Source of the DNA: Convolutriloba macropyga
Taxonomy: Eukaryota
Reading direction: 5' to 3'
Length of the DNA: 64,000 bases
Assembly: GCF_964194025.1 (NCBI RefSeq)
Contig: NC_134474.1
Location: 55,428,001 to 55,492,000 of the forward strand
Part shown: positions 1-14,100 of the stretch, piece by piece
Layout of the letters: each line of letters opens with the position of its first letter
Position numbering within the stretch: position 1 is the first letter of the stretch
Notes under the pieces: generated by a model
The model's input: only the letters and a program-made list of their open reading frames with translations
Databases searched by the model: none
What the model was told of the DNA's origin: nothing
Program-made: the position numbers and the translations under genes

Positions 1-929
1 GCATTCGTGTTACGTTTATCTGTTGGGCCATTCTGCTTGCCCGGGAAAGAGATAATTCGAAAAAATGAAAACAAATCTCTAATATGCTTAAGCACCTGAC
101 TCCCTCAGTTACTTGAAATACTTTGCGAGAAACATATCAAATTGGATATTGGGTTTTCTGCAAAAACGCAAATTGAATTTTTCTATCCGCAAATACAGAC
201 TCCAATATTCATGTAAGAGTCAGGCTGTCATGGATGAATGAATCATTTTGTCAAATAAAAAACTCACCTTTTTAGTCCTCAATTTGAATGCTTTAAACAC
301 ATTGAATGAAAATTTTAAAACCTGACTGAGCTATAACTGAACTCAAAACACTAAAGTTTTGGTCAACTTGCTCTCAACAAAGAAATTTATTTTTTCTACG
401 GTGACACAATGACATTGTGTATATCCTCCATGTTTGCTCCTTCTTTTTTAAAATTTCGGAGGATCGAGTTCTTGCGGTCAAAGCATAGAGTAACCGATGC
501 GAAACAGAAGAACAGAGGAGAAAACTCAATTTCCTTTAACGTTGTTTTCCACTTTTCTGATGAACTTTTGGGAGCAGATCCATAGAGGTTATCCAAAAAA
601 CAACGTTCGAAGCATAATTAAAATTTTCGGTTTAATTCAATTTTTTTCCGCAAATGTTTAGTTAAATCTGTTTGATGGAAAGCAGTAAGCAATCGTCATC
701 TTGATAAACGAATCAAACTGATTAGGGCTCTAGATTTAGCAAAAGTTTACTGTTTCCTAAATTAATTCAGAAAACTTATGCTAGTTTCATTATCACAGGA
801 AAAAACCCTTATATAAGCGTGGAAAGACACTAACAAATTAATGGAATGAATAAATACAATAAGTCTTTTTGCAAACTCTCGAGTTTTGAAATTAGGGAAA
901 AAAATCTAAAAAGTATATAATCTTTTTTT

Positions 930-2750
930 GAGAAAACATCAGAATTCCATGTTTTTGGTTCCCTATTTGGAATAATACTGCAAAACATTCTAGAGGACTG
1001 GATTCACGGATTCAAGGAAAGGAACGAAAGAGAAAATTGTGCACATTCTTACAGGATCTTTTCTTGCACCATTTAACTAGGTCCTTCTGTTAGCGTAAAC
1101 TTTACTGGATCCACTCAAAACTTACCATCAACGTTACCAGTAACACAATTTTTATAAAATGTTTTCTGTTTCTTGGAGCTGTTCTCAATGAGTTTACCAG
1201 CTGATCTCATTATAAAACTCTGCGTCGGAAGTTTTACATTGTTTTATTGCCAGATATTCAGAATAATAATAACATCAAAAGCAAAAAAAATCAAACGCCA
1301 AAAAAATCTAGCAACTATTGTAGACAATCAATTTTAACACATCAATGAATTCAAAACGTTTTTCGGGAGAGTTTTTCAAGAATCTCTGGACTGTGTAATT
1401 GCTACAGCCAAACAAATTGTGAACCAGAGTTCCCGGAGAAATGTTTGCATGCACATTTAGTCCTCTAAATATTTAACTAGCGTAACTTTCACGTACAAAA
1501 ATGTCCAATTCCATTATTAGAAAAACTTTCTGGGGAGACAGAAAATATTGTGAAACAGATAGTGAAACAGTGTTTAGTGAGATAGAAACTCAATTTAGAG
1601 AGAGAAGTTCATGTAGTGAGATCACATTCTTTTGGATCACTGAATAATTTTGAGCTAAATTTGAGCTCAAATTGTTCACAAACAATACTCCACCAGAGCA
1701 GTTTACTTCACTCTCTGACTACTTCATAACCATTGGCCCCAATGCAACGATATCATTGGTCCCATCTCTAACAGACACATTGGCTGCTATTTCAGGATGT
1801 TCCTTTTTAATAGTTGAATGTGCGACTTTTTACTGTTTTGATAAACTGATAACTTCTGAAGAAAAACCTTAAGATCAAGATAGAAAACTAATTTTTAATT
1901 AATGGAGAACAACAATTTTTAGCTTTTGAAACAAATGGTTGTTTCACCCACATCTAAAAATTGTTCCCCATCAGAGAGCCTAAAACAAATCCAAAACGTT
2001 GTAGAGTTCTAGAATTAGAAACATTTCTAGAAAAATATATCATCTTTATTGAGAACAGAGAGCAACATCCCATTTTTGTTCACTGTTTATTGGATCTTTT
2101 AGATATAGACCTCATTTTTTAACTTCCACAGGTCAATACGGATGGCCTTCACAGGACAGACAAAAATATTGCCCACCCTCTTTCAGGATTCATCTCTGCG
2201 ACATTGAGCTGGGTTCTTCTGTTTTCTTTGACAGTGAACAAGATTTTATAGAATGTTTTTCTGATTTTTTGCAGCTGTTTTTAATGAGTTTACAAGTTGA
2301 TCTGTTTTTATTGGCGCACTGTGTAACTTTGCATCCAAACGAGAACAATTTCTCTTTCTGAAAAAAAACATTTGATGTCTCCTTCACGCGTGAAAAACAA
2401 TAATTTTCACAAAAATTTTTTTAATTTAATTAAAATGAAAATTGTTTGCCTTTTCAAAAGGTTAAAAAACAAAATTATTAGGTTTCCTGTTAAATTGCAA
2501 TAAATTGAAATAAGTATTGAACCAAAAGGCTACTGAGACCTCAAAAAAGAAAAAAAAAACTACAATTTAATGCAAAGAAATCCATGATCTTTTTTTGTGT
2601 TTTGTTAGTTATTTAAGAAATTCAGCGATTGAGAACTGTCGAAAAAAAGAATGTAACTGTTAAAATCAAACAATATGGCAAGAGCCAAAACCAGGACTCC
2701 TGGAGGAAACCTTCTTGCATGCACAGATAGTCATCAAAACATTTAACAAG
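930..2750. repeat. Old diverged direct duplication (~930-1480 vs ~2050-2750)
   Basis: Collinear matching blocks, e.g. gctgttctcaatgagtttaccagctgatct (~1178) vs gctgtttttaatgagtttacaagttgatct (~2273), and ttgcatgcacatttagtcctctaaatatttaac (~1445) vs ttgcatgcacagatagtcatcaaaacatttaac (~2715). Boundaries approximate. Confidence 0.45.
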
Positions 2751-3745
2751 TTCTTCTATCACAGAAAATTTTGTCCGGAATATCATAAAAAGATAGGCAG
2801 AAAGCTTGGGAAACAATTTGCTTGCAGAGAAGATAAAAATTTAATTCAGAACAAGAAATTTTTGCAGGCAGATTTAAAAAATTTGTATTTGTGATTTATT
2901 TTGAGCTGGTATTTTCAAAGTCTGAAAACACATAAAGCTACATGCTCTATAAGCTTCAGCAAGTAATCTTTACTAATGTAAACCTCAAAAACCATCGGCC
3001 CCATTAAAATGATAACATTGGTCTCATCTCTTCTAGAAAGTTTAGCATCTGTTAGCAGCTTGTTCATTTTGCACTATGTGAATGAGCAGGAACGTAGGTT
3101 ACTCCACACAAGAAGTTTTTTTGCGGAAAAAAGCAAATCTGCAACTTACGAAAACCGCAAAATGTTGTGCGAATTGAGATTTTTTATTTGAAAACTTCAT
3201 TTTAAATACTTTTTGAGGATCACTGAGGAAAAAATGGGCTTTAACACAGAATATTGAAGAAAGTAACCTTTGAACCCTTTTTAATTTATCTAATTTCGGC
3301 TGCAGTACCTTTGAAATAAAAAAAACGCGCGGTTGAAAAAAACTCAGATACAAACAAAAATTGTCGCAAATCAGCGAAAGAAGAATGGTAGAAAAACACA
3401 AAACTAAACAATTTGATTGCCATCTGATGGAACCAATAACCTGAATTACATACATTTATTATTATTGACATGATTTACATGATTAGCCGACCCATCGTCT
3501 CATGAAAACATACACGACTCGTCCACACCGTATACAATATCTATCAACATCCGACACAGGAAAATTTTTTACTCGATTTCCACCCTTGATGAACCTAATT
3601 GGAAAATCAAAAAACGCACTCCGTTATTTCAGAATTTTAAAATTAAGCATTTCCTTTGGAAGGAAAATTATTGTCCAATTATTACAGATCCATTTTTGTC
3701 TCACCCCTGTCAATATAGAAAATGACAATGAGACAAAAAAATATA

Positions 3746-3910
3746 GGATCTATTCTGTTTCGCCCCCCCCCCCCCCACCAGCTTAGTGAGCATAAATCAT
3801 TTATGACCCTCATGCGCACGTGCTATGATCTTACATAGTAACGTGCTATATAACAACATATAATTTGTAACTGAAGGTATAGTAGAAACAGGGCGAAACA
3901 GAATAGATCC
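3746..3910. mobile_element. 165-bp MITE with 20-bp perfect terminal inverted repeats (GG-ended; Merlin-like)
   Basis: ggatctattctgtttcgccc ... gggcgaaacagaatagatcc. Internal sequence (ccagcttagtg, gcacgtgc) is shared with the element at 23708-23869. No clean TSD on this copy. Confidence 0.8.
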
Positions 3911-6649
3911 AATAATTACTACAGAAAAAAAATAAAAGTTAAAAAAAACAACGAAAACCCCTTCTTAATTTTAGTTAAGAAATAACAACCACCCCCCCCC
4001 CCCCCCCCAGGAAAGATACCCCCACTAAAATAAACCTCCACATAAATGTTTAAGAGCTGTGTATTTAGCGAGTTTGGCCTTGTTTCGCGCCATGCCTTAG
4101 CGGCCCGTGGGACTTCGCTGTCAAAATTGCTTCCGAACACTTATTTGTAGTGATTTAATGAATAGGGTTTGGCTCTGGTCGGTTGTAAATGACCTGATGC
4201 AACACAGCACAATAACGAGCCTGTCTGTTTTTGCCTGATTTAGTTGTCTTATGCTATTGTATCTACTAATAACAAAATATTAATAGTATACTTGTTTATC
4301 AATTTTTGAGTTTGCTAGCAAGAAAAATGATGAGTGGGGGAAATTTCCATTTGAGTTACTCTTAAACTCACTTCCCGTTTCTGATAGTCTGTTCATGGCT
4401 ACAATTAGTGCTTTATATTCATCCAAAAGTAGAAATTAGAGCAATAAAATATCCCCAAAAGGGGTGTTACGGTGAACAAAAGGCTAACACAGGATAGATG
4501 ATAAAGATATTATTGCTTTAATAGTAGTTTAGCAAAAAACACAGTATTGCATCAAATGCAAAGCAACAAAACAATTACAAAATAGTCCACAAGCTGAGAT
4601 TTTTTTTTAGTTCTGGAGATAAAATTGAAAATAGGTTTAGTATTTAATCAGCATTTTATTAGACCGAGAAAGCAATCGAACTAGAATTATACTAAAAAGG
4701 CAGTATCATGCTGGTTTCAGCAGATAATCTGCATCGCGTGATTGCGAAGCTGATGATATTGCGAGCGAAAAAAAAGAGAATCGATGTATGATAGTCCACG
4801 CAGGTACAAACGCAATTTTTTGCCACCAAACCATTGATAAAGAAAATCGGTAATGTGCCTTTGCGCATAGCATAATCTTCCAACCCGTCATATGCTAAAC
4901 AAGACGGCTCGTGCTAAACTTCTCTTGTCTTTCACAGAATGTTCCAACATACGTCTCAAATTTTGTGTAACACTTTTTTTTGTTGTGGAAGGAAAAACTC
5001 TCTTGCCAATCATTTCTGCAAAACTCAAATTGAATTAATTCTTTGGATCAAGCTTAATTATAAACATAATTAATCACAAATTCTTTCGACATAATTTTTA
5101 CAGATGTAAAATCACATATATCGTCTTTTTTGGCAAAAGAGCAAGGAAAAAAGCATATTAAACAAACACAGACAGTATTGTGCAAAAAAATGTGAATCTA
5201 TAGTTTACACTTAGAAGTAGCAAACAAAACAATGATTGATTTTTATCTCATCTAATTTTTATCTCACTGAAAACATAGACCGTTGATGAAATAACGAAAA
5301 AGATGGACTCAAGATCCAGTTGAATTTCTTTTCAAAAAATATCGCCAAATATCAAGCAATCATCAAATTTTTTATTACGTTTTGTCTTTTTGTTACGAAC
5401 CCTGTCCAGTGTTATTTTCCAATCCTTCGTCCTAGATTCGACGGCTAAAATTCTACTTTAATTTCTTCTACAATGACTTTTAATTTCTGCTACTCGTGTT
5501 ACGAATTCCTCGTTATATACTCAATGCGGCGTCATAGTTGTACAGAACCCTTAAAAACGGACGAACCTGTTTTTTATGTATGCTGCAACAATTTAGAAAA
5601 AAAATGATTTCTAACTCAAAATGTTGCCTGATTTGATTCGTTGAATTGAAAGTACAAAAGGGCTTCCTGTACAAAACCAATTCAATCATTCTATTGAAAA
5701 AAACAAAACCACTTAAGCAACGCAAACATCAAAGCCAGTTTAAGTCTCAAATAAGGAGATTGAATAAAGGAAAAACTTTTTTTCGATCTTCCCTCATTTG
5801 GTTTCCTTTCCTGATGTCCTTTTTGAACGCACCATACGTACCAATTCGTTTACTTTATGCAATATTAAATTGTGAAATAAGCAAAGGTACAAAGCGGATG
5901 GTTTAAAAAGCATAGCATCATTTTGCGCAAACAATAACAAAAAAAATATCTGAATTTTTTTTTATTATCTGAGTTACAATGGCGAAATTTTTAAGGTTTT
6001 CGTAGAAGCACAAAAAAATTTTCTTAAAATTAGTTTAAAAAACGTTTACTTTCTAAAGTTTAAAATAATTGTAATGTACCCATATCTGCCGTTGAGTAGT
6101 ATCTGATATAAAAGCTTTAGCTTTCACACAAAACTTTTTGTTCGAGTTGCCAGAGAAACCACCAAAGAGATAAACAATCTTTTTCTCTTTTTCTCTAGAA
6201 AAAAACTTGTTTCCTGTAATTTTTTTGCACATAAAGATTATCAGTCGTTTCTTGTGGTGCGGCTGCTAGCAACTAGAATCACAGAAATCAATTATAGGAG
6301 ATTAAAAGGTTCTAAAAAAAGGAATTCAAATAGTCTCTTCAAGTTCTTCTTTATCAAAAGATTTGCCGTCTGTTTAGCTGTTCAATTCCCATGTCTTAAT
6401 TTTTTTTCCTGTGTTGGCTAAATTTTAAGTCTATGGAGATTCTCAACAATGAAAGCTCAAAATGTGTACTAGAAAAAAATCACAAAAAACCGTTGGTTTT
6501 TCCAGTTTTTGCCTTTTGAACTTATTTTTTGATAGGGATATCTTTTCTTTGTTTTTTTTCTAAAGAATTTGTGTAATCGGAAGTGATTATGTTTTAATAT
6601 ATATTTTCTTGATGGTTTTCCAGCAATTATTTTTAATATATTTTAATAA

Positions 6650-6866
6650 TTTGGTGCTCTCAACCCTCCCCCAACCCAACTAAACTTTTCTTTTTCTTGT
6701 TTTCCTTCAATTTCTGAACAGTCCTCATTTCCAACGTGCAATAAATTTAGTATTTTTAAAACAAAACTCAAAGTTATCCCCTAAGAGCTATAAATTGACG
6801 TTTCTCTTTTTTCTAAATGATGCGTACATAAAAAATGAAAAACTGACTGAAGAAAAAAGCCGGTCT

Positions 6867-6929
<63 letters not shown>

Positions 6930-8180
6930 CCCATTTTGAAAAGGTTGGAACAATACTTATCAGGTTATCAAGATGTTTTAAATCTAGATGAGTATCATAT
7001 GCAGGTATTATTTGAATAATGTTCCTGCTATTTCAATTGAGGGTTGCTCAGTTTCTGTAGAAAACTTTCAGTCTGCTAGCTGTCCAAAAGAATGTCACAT
7101 CTTTTGTTAAAACTAAAATAAAAAAAATCAAGCTGCTTATAATTAAAAGTTTAAGCTTGAAGTATTTGGGTTTAGGCTAAACGCTAATATGTCTTTCAGT
7201 ATGTCATTCCTTGGAATTAACGTCAGCTTAACAAAAAAGGATCCCTCTAAAGGATCAAAAGGGCAGAAAAATAGGGTTGTTTCTTGTAATGAACAGGGTT
7301 GGCTGTTAAATTTCTGTGGGAAAATTTCTAATCCTATTCTCACTAATAATCAATTGGTTTTAAGAAACTAAGGACGCGTTATTAATTCAACGCAAACATA
7401 TCCCTCATACGACAGGTCATCAATAGTCTTCTAGGAAGTCTGGTCAAGTGCTGCTTTGTAGCATTTGAAAAATACTTGGGCAAAATTCCTTCTTTTGCTA
7501 GATAATTCATACTTATTTTTCTTTGCTAGATAATTTATACTTACAAACAATATTTTTACTACAGGGAAAATTATCAATTCTGAGGAAACACAACTAATAT
7601 GTCGAAGAAAACAAAAACTAGTTGTACTTTGATAGTAAACGAGCACTACTTTGAATGTAACATCGAGTAAACATAAAAATCTGTTTCCACTTTTTTCTGC
7701 CTATTTCTTTGATCGGTTATGCATTGTCAAGTTTCTACTTGGGCATCATAGAGAAGAATTTCCTTATCCTTTCGTCAACACTTTCAGAACTACAGCCGGT
7801 TTAGTTAATAGATAGGTTGAATGGATCAACAAATTATTCTCAATTGTGACGACTTCGCAAGTTCAACAAAAAACTATAGTTAAATATCTGCAGAGGGCTT
7901 TCTTCTAAAACATGTGGCTAATAAACTCAAAATTTCTCTAGAACGAAGTTCATTTACAATTAAATTATTATTGTATTCTCTGACCGCAAATTTAATCGTT
8001 CTTTCTGAGTCCTACATAATTCTAATGAAAAGATTCAATTTAGATTTCAAGGGCTCCAGCGTTGTTTGCCACGCCGTACCATGCAAGAAACGCATATTGG
8101 TCTATAGGCTGTACATCCACTCGTACGCACTATAAGCTGTACATACACCTTATAAAAACGACGAAACGAACCTATGACTT
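6650..8180 (+). repeat. Uninterrupted copy of a ~1.6-kb local repeat (paralogous to 9707-10611 + 19574-20272)
   Basis: Collinear similarity from ctcaaccctcccccaacccaactaaactttt to gtacatacaccttataaaaac. It contains the empty site (caat-agtct-tctagg, 7425-7429) equivalent to the BEL insertion point. Confidence 0.85.
6870..6927. repeat. (AT)29 microsatellite
   Basis: Perfect AT dinucleotide run of 58 bp. Confidence 0.97.
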
Positions 8181-9319
8181 TGCTCTTTTCCCGTTAAAAG
8201 TGAATATGCTTGGCAAAACTCAAATATTTATCAATGAACAGGATAAGGTATTTTTTTGCTCAATAGTACGCTTTTTCGCTTTTAGTCTTTTCGCTCAATA
8301 GTTTTCTATTGTTCCTTTTGTCCCAATTTTTTCTTCCAATTGAACGAATAGTAGCTTCATGGTCCTTGTTCTCAATATTAAAAATAACCTAAATAGTTTT
8401 CTTAAAGTTCACAGTCGCGGCTTTATCATTGAACAATTAAGTGGCAGAAAAATTTGTCAACAATTAGTATCAAATAAAGGCCATTAAAAACTTTTTTAAC
8501 CACAAAGAAGGTCCTGTGACACACCATTCTGAATACTTTATCATGATAACTGACCATCAGTTCTATAGCTCTGACTTCATTATGATGAATAGCAAGACCT
8601 GAGTTGCTAAACTGGCCTTCTCATGCACAAATGTAAAAGTACGTCAAGTTTTTTAACATTTACTGTACCGAAAGTTTTCTGTAGATCCGAAAACTGCTCC
8701 GTTGCAAAAATTTAGTCAATATAAAATATTGCGAATTGATGGTTAATTTTTGTCAGCGATTGCATCATTTGGGACCAACAAATTTTCCTGTGAGCTATTG
8801 CGAGAATTTGAAATTGATTAAGTACCAGTCAGAACAAAAAAAAACAAACTCTTTTTTGTCTGCAATATTGAGCACATGACAATAACGGCTTCGAATTGGG
8901 ATAGGACGGAATATGAGGCGTAAGCACAAATTAAATAGCCGTTCTTGAGCAATGAATTAATAATAGGATTTCTTTAAGCTACTTCTATTCTCAAAGATTT
9001 TTTGAAAAGCTGCAACCCTTTTCGATACAATTTTACCGAATAAGAACATCTAAAACTTTATCATGTGTGAAGGGTAATAATTTTTATTTGAATTTGAGGT
9101 ATATTTACAAGGTTAAAAACTAATTCCGTAACAAAATATTCTTCGTATGAAAATTGCTTTTAACACCGAATGAACTTTTAACAAAACCTGCAGAATATTT
9201 ACAACAAACGCAGCAATGAGCATATGAACGAGTCAAGTGCACACCGATATAATGACCTCATTATAAATAACCCCACTAACCAGTATTTACTAAACTACGT
9301 TCAAAATATACTTATTAAT

Positions 9320-9685
9320 TTATTCAACACTTGCCGAGTTTACGCGCTGTCGCCTTGGGCAAAAACACAGCCTCGTTACATTGATCAAAAAGACAACAAA
9401 CTCCAAAGCTGTCAATGCACTCCACCCAACCCACAGTCCAATATTACCCCCAAAATCAGCCATCAGTGACTGGAAACTGTACGCTTCAAGTTCCGAAATC
9501 CTCTCGAAGTTGAAGTGCTTGAAGTACACCTCGATTCTTACAAAGTTGTTTTTCATGTGTTGTTGAAGTTCGTCCATACTGCTCTGGGTAGCTTTGCTGT
9601 ACTGGGTGAAAATGCTGTTGAACCACCAATGTAAACGATCAGAATCGGACTCTTTGCGTAGGATGTTGATGAGATAGGGTGTGTA
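9320..9685 (-). CDS. DEG/ENaC gene terminal exon (knuckle, beta12, TM2, short C-tail)
   Basis: Acceptor ctatag|TAC, phase 0. Encodes YTPYLINILRK...NFVRIEVYFKHFNFERISELEAYSFQSLMADFGGNIGLWVGWSALTALEF...SASVE*, the typical pre-TM2/TM2 DxGGxxGLWxGxS signature. Confidence 0.93.
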   Translation of the reverse strand, partial: YTPYLINILRKESDSDRLHWWFNSIFTQYSKATQSSMDELQQHMKNNFVRIEVYFKHFNFERISELEAYSFQSLMADFGGNIGLWVGWSALTALEFVVFLINVTRLCFCPRRQRVNSASVE

Positions 9686-10611
9686 CTATAGAGTATACTC
9701 CAATTAATACAGGGATTTGTTTTTTATAATTTTCATAAATTAGTCTAGTAGTGCTAATCAGAATGAAGAAATTTATGCTACTGTATAGCGCTAATCTACT
9801 AATACTATTAACACTATTAGTTTAAATAGTGTTTCATAAATTTCAGTTCAAGTAAGTTTGGTAGAGGAAAACGGGCTCTTTTCCGCTAGCAATTGTCTAA
9901 AAATAAATCAATAAATTGGTATCCTCAACCCTCCCCCACCCAACTAAACTTTACCTTTTCTTGTTTTCAATTTTGGAACAGTCCTTCTTTCCAACCTGCA
10001 ATATATTTAGTACTTAAAGATAAAAATCAAAATTATTCTCCAAGAGCTACAAATTGACGTTTCTTTTTTTCTCAACGATGCGTAAATAAAAAATGAAAAA
10101 ATGACGGAAGAAAAAAACCGTCCCGAATATAAATCCCCACTTCGAAAAATGTTGAAACAAAACCCTATCAAGTCTAGAAAAGATATTTCAAATTTAGATG
10201 AATATCATATATGCAGGTATCATTTGAATTTATTTTTCCTGCTGTTTCAATCGAGGATTGCTCCAAAAAGAAATCACATCTTTTGTTAATAAAGCTAATA
10301 TACTAAAAATAAGCGGCTTACAATTTTAAAATTTTATCTTGAAGTATTTTGGTTTAAACTAAACGCCAATATGTCATTCAATATGTCTTTTCTTAGCATT
10401 AACGTCAAATTAACAAAAAGATCCCTCGGAAGGATCAACAGCGCAAAAAATAGGGTTCGTTCTTTAGATAAATAGGATTGACTGTTTGAATTTCTGTAAT
10501 GAAAATCTTAACCCTATTCTTAATAATAGTCAATTGGTTTTCAGAACCTAAGGACATGTTTCTTGTTCCACACAAACGCACCCCTCATATCTGGCAGGTA
10601 ATCAATAGGCC

Positions 10612-10773
10612 TGTTGACCAACTTGCTTATAAGATCGATTTGACAATAGTAAATTCACAAACTTTGGTTTCAGCGGTAAATTAGCATGGAAACATATGGG
10701 CTAAAGTTAGAAATCAAATCATGCAAAAGTCAAATTAAGAAACTTGCGAAATATTGAAGCTTGAGCTTCAACA
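10612..10773 (-). repeat. 3' LTR of the BEL element
   Basis: tgttgaccaac...gagcttcaaca; matches 19407-19568 at 160/162. Confidence 0.97.
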
Positions 10774-11187
10774 CTCCGCGAGGAGAGGAGGGCGCGCTTT
10801 AAAATTAGGGCTAGACCTGAATACTCTGGTACTAATTTAAAACTAATATAAAACATATTGAGTTTGTGACTTGTAATCTCTTTCGAAGTTGTTGATCTTC
10901 TCTTTGCATTGTAAGCTGCATTGTATGATAGGCAATCTTGTGAGCTGCTGGTTACTTGATTTGGAATGAACCGGTTTGATCTATTTGGCTTCTGATGTTC
11001 TTCTGAGTTGCAATTCGCTATCTCGCGGTGGCTTGACATCTAAAAGCTAATTGGAATTTTTGACAAAATTCACAATCCTCCCACACAACGAGAGAAAAGG
11101 GTTAATAATATTATTGAATGTTGAATGACTGGTTTCCAGGAGATGAGTAAGTAAACAATTTGGTGATAATTTTATTATAGTTTTAAA

Positions 11188-14100
11188 TCAAGTTGGGTTT
11201 GTTGCTGCGCTCTTTGTGATGTCCGCTTCTTCTTCATCTATGACTCGTGACAATTTTACTGCAGGGCGCGTTAGTGTACCTGTTGCTGTGTGAACGTCAA
11301 ATGATCTTGGTATTTCGTCGGCTCCATAATGACATTTGGTTATCCGTACAAGGGGCCAAATACCTCTTGGGGTAAATTCGTTCAGAACCCAGACTAAATC
11401 GACCACTCTGAGTTGTTTTGACTGCTCTCCCCATTTTCGCTGCTTATTAGGCCTGAAGTATACTCTCTTTGAAGTGTTTTCCAGAAGTGGTCCAAAAGCG
11501 TTTGTGTATAGTTGAAATCCCTCTTCCTGAAAGTTTTCAGTTTTGATGTTAGAGGAGCTAGGGCTAGATGTGGTCGTCGAAGAATGAAGTGGTTGGGTGT
11601 CAGGGCTTCTTCGTCGTTGTTATCAGAAGAAACGTAAGTTATGGGGCGGGAGTTTAGGATGCCTTCCGTTTCTGTCAAAATTGTTTTGAAAGTCTCTGCT
11701 TTCAGTTGCTGACTTCCTAAGATTATGAGAAGAGTTCTCTTCGCTGCTTGAATTATTCTTTCCCATATACCTCCGAAGTGTGGAGCAAGTGGTGGATTCA
11801 TTTTCCAAACTATGTTCTGCTGCGATAATTGTTGAGCAATATAGGAGTTGTCAATGCTGATATTATCCAAATTCATAACCTTTTTCGATGCTGTAAAATT
11901 TGTTCCGTTGTCGGAGATTATTATCTCTAGGTATCCTCTCCTTGAAATAAAACGTCTAATTGCAAGTAAACAACTGTCGGTGTCTAGACTATGGCAAACT
12001 TCCAAGTGCACTGCACGGATTACTAAACACGTGAAAATGCAGATGTACTGTTTTTCAAGCTTGCGAGTATTATCCTCAAAGTAGAAAGGTCCAAAGTAAT
12101 CTAATCCTACATTTATGAATGGGTATTGTTTTTCGGCATCAGCAAAGCGAAAGTGCGGAAGATCAGACATCATTGTAATATTCTGAGCTTTCCATCGGCG
12201 GCATATGAAACATGTCCGGCTGAGTCTTCCTAGGAACCTTCGAAGTCCAATGATTAAAAATGTCTGTTGTAGGTGCGCTCTGACAAACTCCGTTCCCATG
12301 TGTTGACAGCTGTTAGTGTGAGCGTCTTGAACAATTAACTGAGTGACATGGTCTTTGATGTCTAGTATTATGGGTTGTTTTTGATTCCAAGGTATTGGCG
12401 CATGTCTCAGCCTTCCTTTGGCACGCAAAACTCCATTTCCGTCCAAAAATGGATTGAATTGAAGAACTGCATCCCTTCGTTACAGTTGTTGTCCAGTTTG
12501 CATTCTAATAATTGCTTTTCTAAAAGTGTTTTGATGTGAAATCGTTATCAGGTAATTTTGGGCTTCATTCTGACTGTTTAGTGTATCACTTTTCCGCAAA
12601 ATGTTTGTTGCTTTGTACACGGTTGTTGTCCTTCTGAGCAATCGTTTCCAAATTGAAAATTTTGATGGTTCTATGACAGGGTCCATACATTTAGGTAATA
12701 CTAAATTTGTCGTTGTTAAAAATTTTGTTTGATCAAAGTTCCAGTTTTCAGGGTCTTGAAGAAGAAATTTTGGTCCATGTAGCCACTTCTCTTCAAACTC
12801 TGATGGTTTCAAACCTCTGGTACCATGGTCGGCAGGGTTGAGCTTTCCGGGTATTTGTTTCCATTCCTCTGCTTTAGAATGTTCCAATATTTTGTTGATA
12901 CGGTTAGCTACGAAAACTTTTTGCCGTTTGTCTGAGTTTATCCATCCTAATGTTGCAGTACTATCCGTCCAGAAGTGAACTGAGGAAAAACTTAATGTCA
13001 TTTCTGTGACTACAAAACTAGCTAGTTCGGCTCCCATTGTGGCTGCCTCTAATTCAAGTTTAGGTATACTTGTGGGCTTTATGGGGGCTACTCGGGATTT
13101 GCTAATGACATAGTTCACAATGACATTCCCTTCAGTAGTTGTAGATCTCATATAAATAACCGCTGAAGTTGCTATATTTGATGCATCTGTGAAGACATGA
13201 AGTTCTGGACTGGTCGTTGGTCCTGTTACAAGGCATCTTTTTGTTGTAATATCTGGCATGCTGTTGAATTCGTTAATCCATTTCTTCAGGTCAATATGAA
13301 ATTCGGCTGGTACTTGTTCGTCCCATTTCTTGCCTTGTTTTATGACTGCTTGAAGAAGGCTTCGAATTCGTATCGCAAATGGCGTTATCGTCCCCAGGGG
13401 GTCGAAAAGCGAAGCTGCTATTGACAAGAGTTCTCTTTGTTGTAAACGTTCAATTTTGATGTCTAAATTGGGTTTCCTAAATATGAAGGTGTCGTTTTTG
13501 ACATCCCACGTCTGTCCCAGAACTCGTTGCGTTAATGCTGTATCTCCTTCAGTGTCGTCAATTAAAGGAAAACTCGAATCGTTGCTGAAGAATTTCGTCA
13601 AGTCCAATCCTCCTTTTTTAAGTATTTCTTTGATGCATGTTGTCTGTTCAATTGCTTCGTTTGTTGTCTCGAAACTCTGTAAAAAGTCGTCCATGTAAAA
13701 CTTATTCGTTATTGATTGACTGGCTTCAGGTGATAAGTGGTGATTATCAATGGCACATTTTCGAAGTACATAGATAGCACAAGAGGGCGAACAGGTTGCA
13801 CCAAATATGAGTCGCTTGTATTTGTATATTGTTTCGGTGTTGTTTTTGTACCATAGAAACCTTAATGCGTCTTGATCTTCTTTCCTTACTGCTATCTGCA
13901 TAAACATGGCTTCTATATCTCCGGCAACTGCTATGGAAAACTGTCGAAAGCGTAGTAGGAGTCCAACTAAACTGCAGAGAAGATCTGGTCCAGTTAGAAG
14001 CGCTTTATTCAGTGAAAGTCCTTTATAAATAGATGCTGCGTTTGTTACACGACGAATCTTTTTCTTCTGTTTGTGCTGTACTGGATGATGAGGAAGATAC

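Noticed and set aside
396-8301. Many 60-120-aa ORFs in AT-rich sequence
   Set aside because: Low-complexity F/L/K-rich translations with no motifs, several lying within repeats; consistent with chance.
10719-11039. 106-aa ORF after the integrase as an env-like gene
   Set aside because: Short, no signal peptide or TM segment, and it runs into the LTR.
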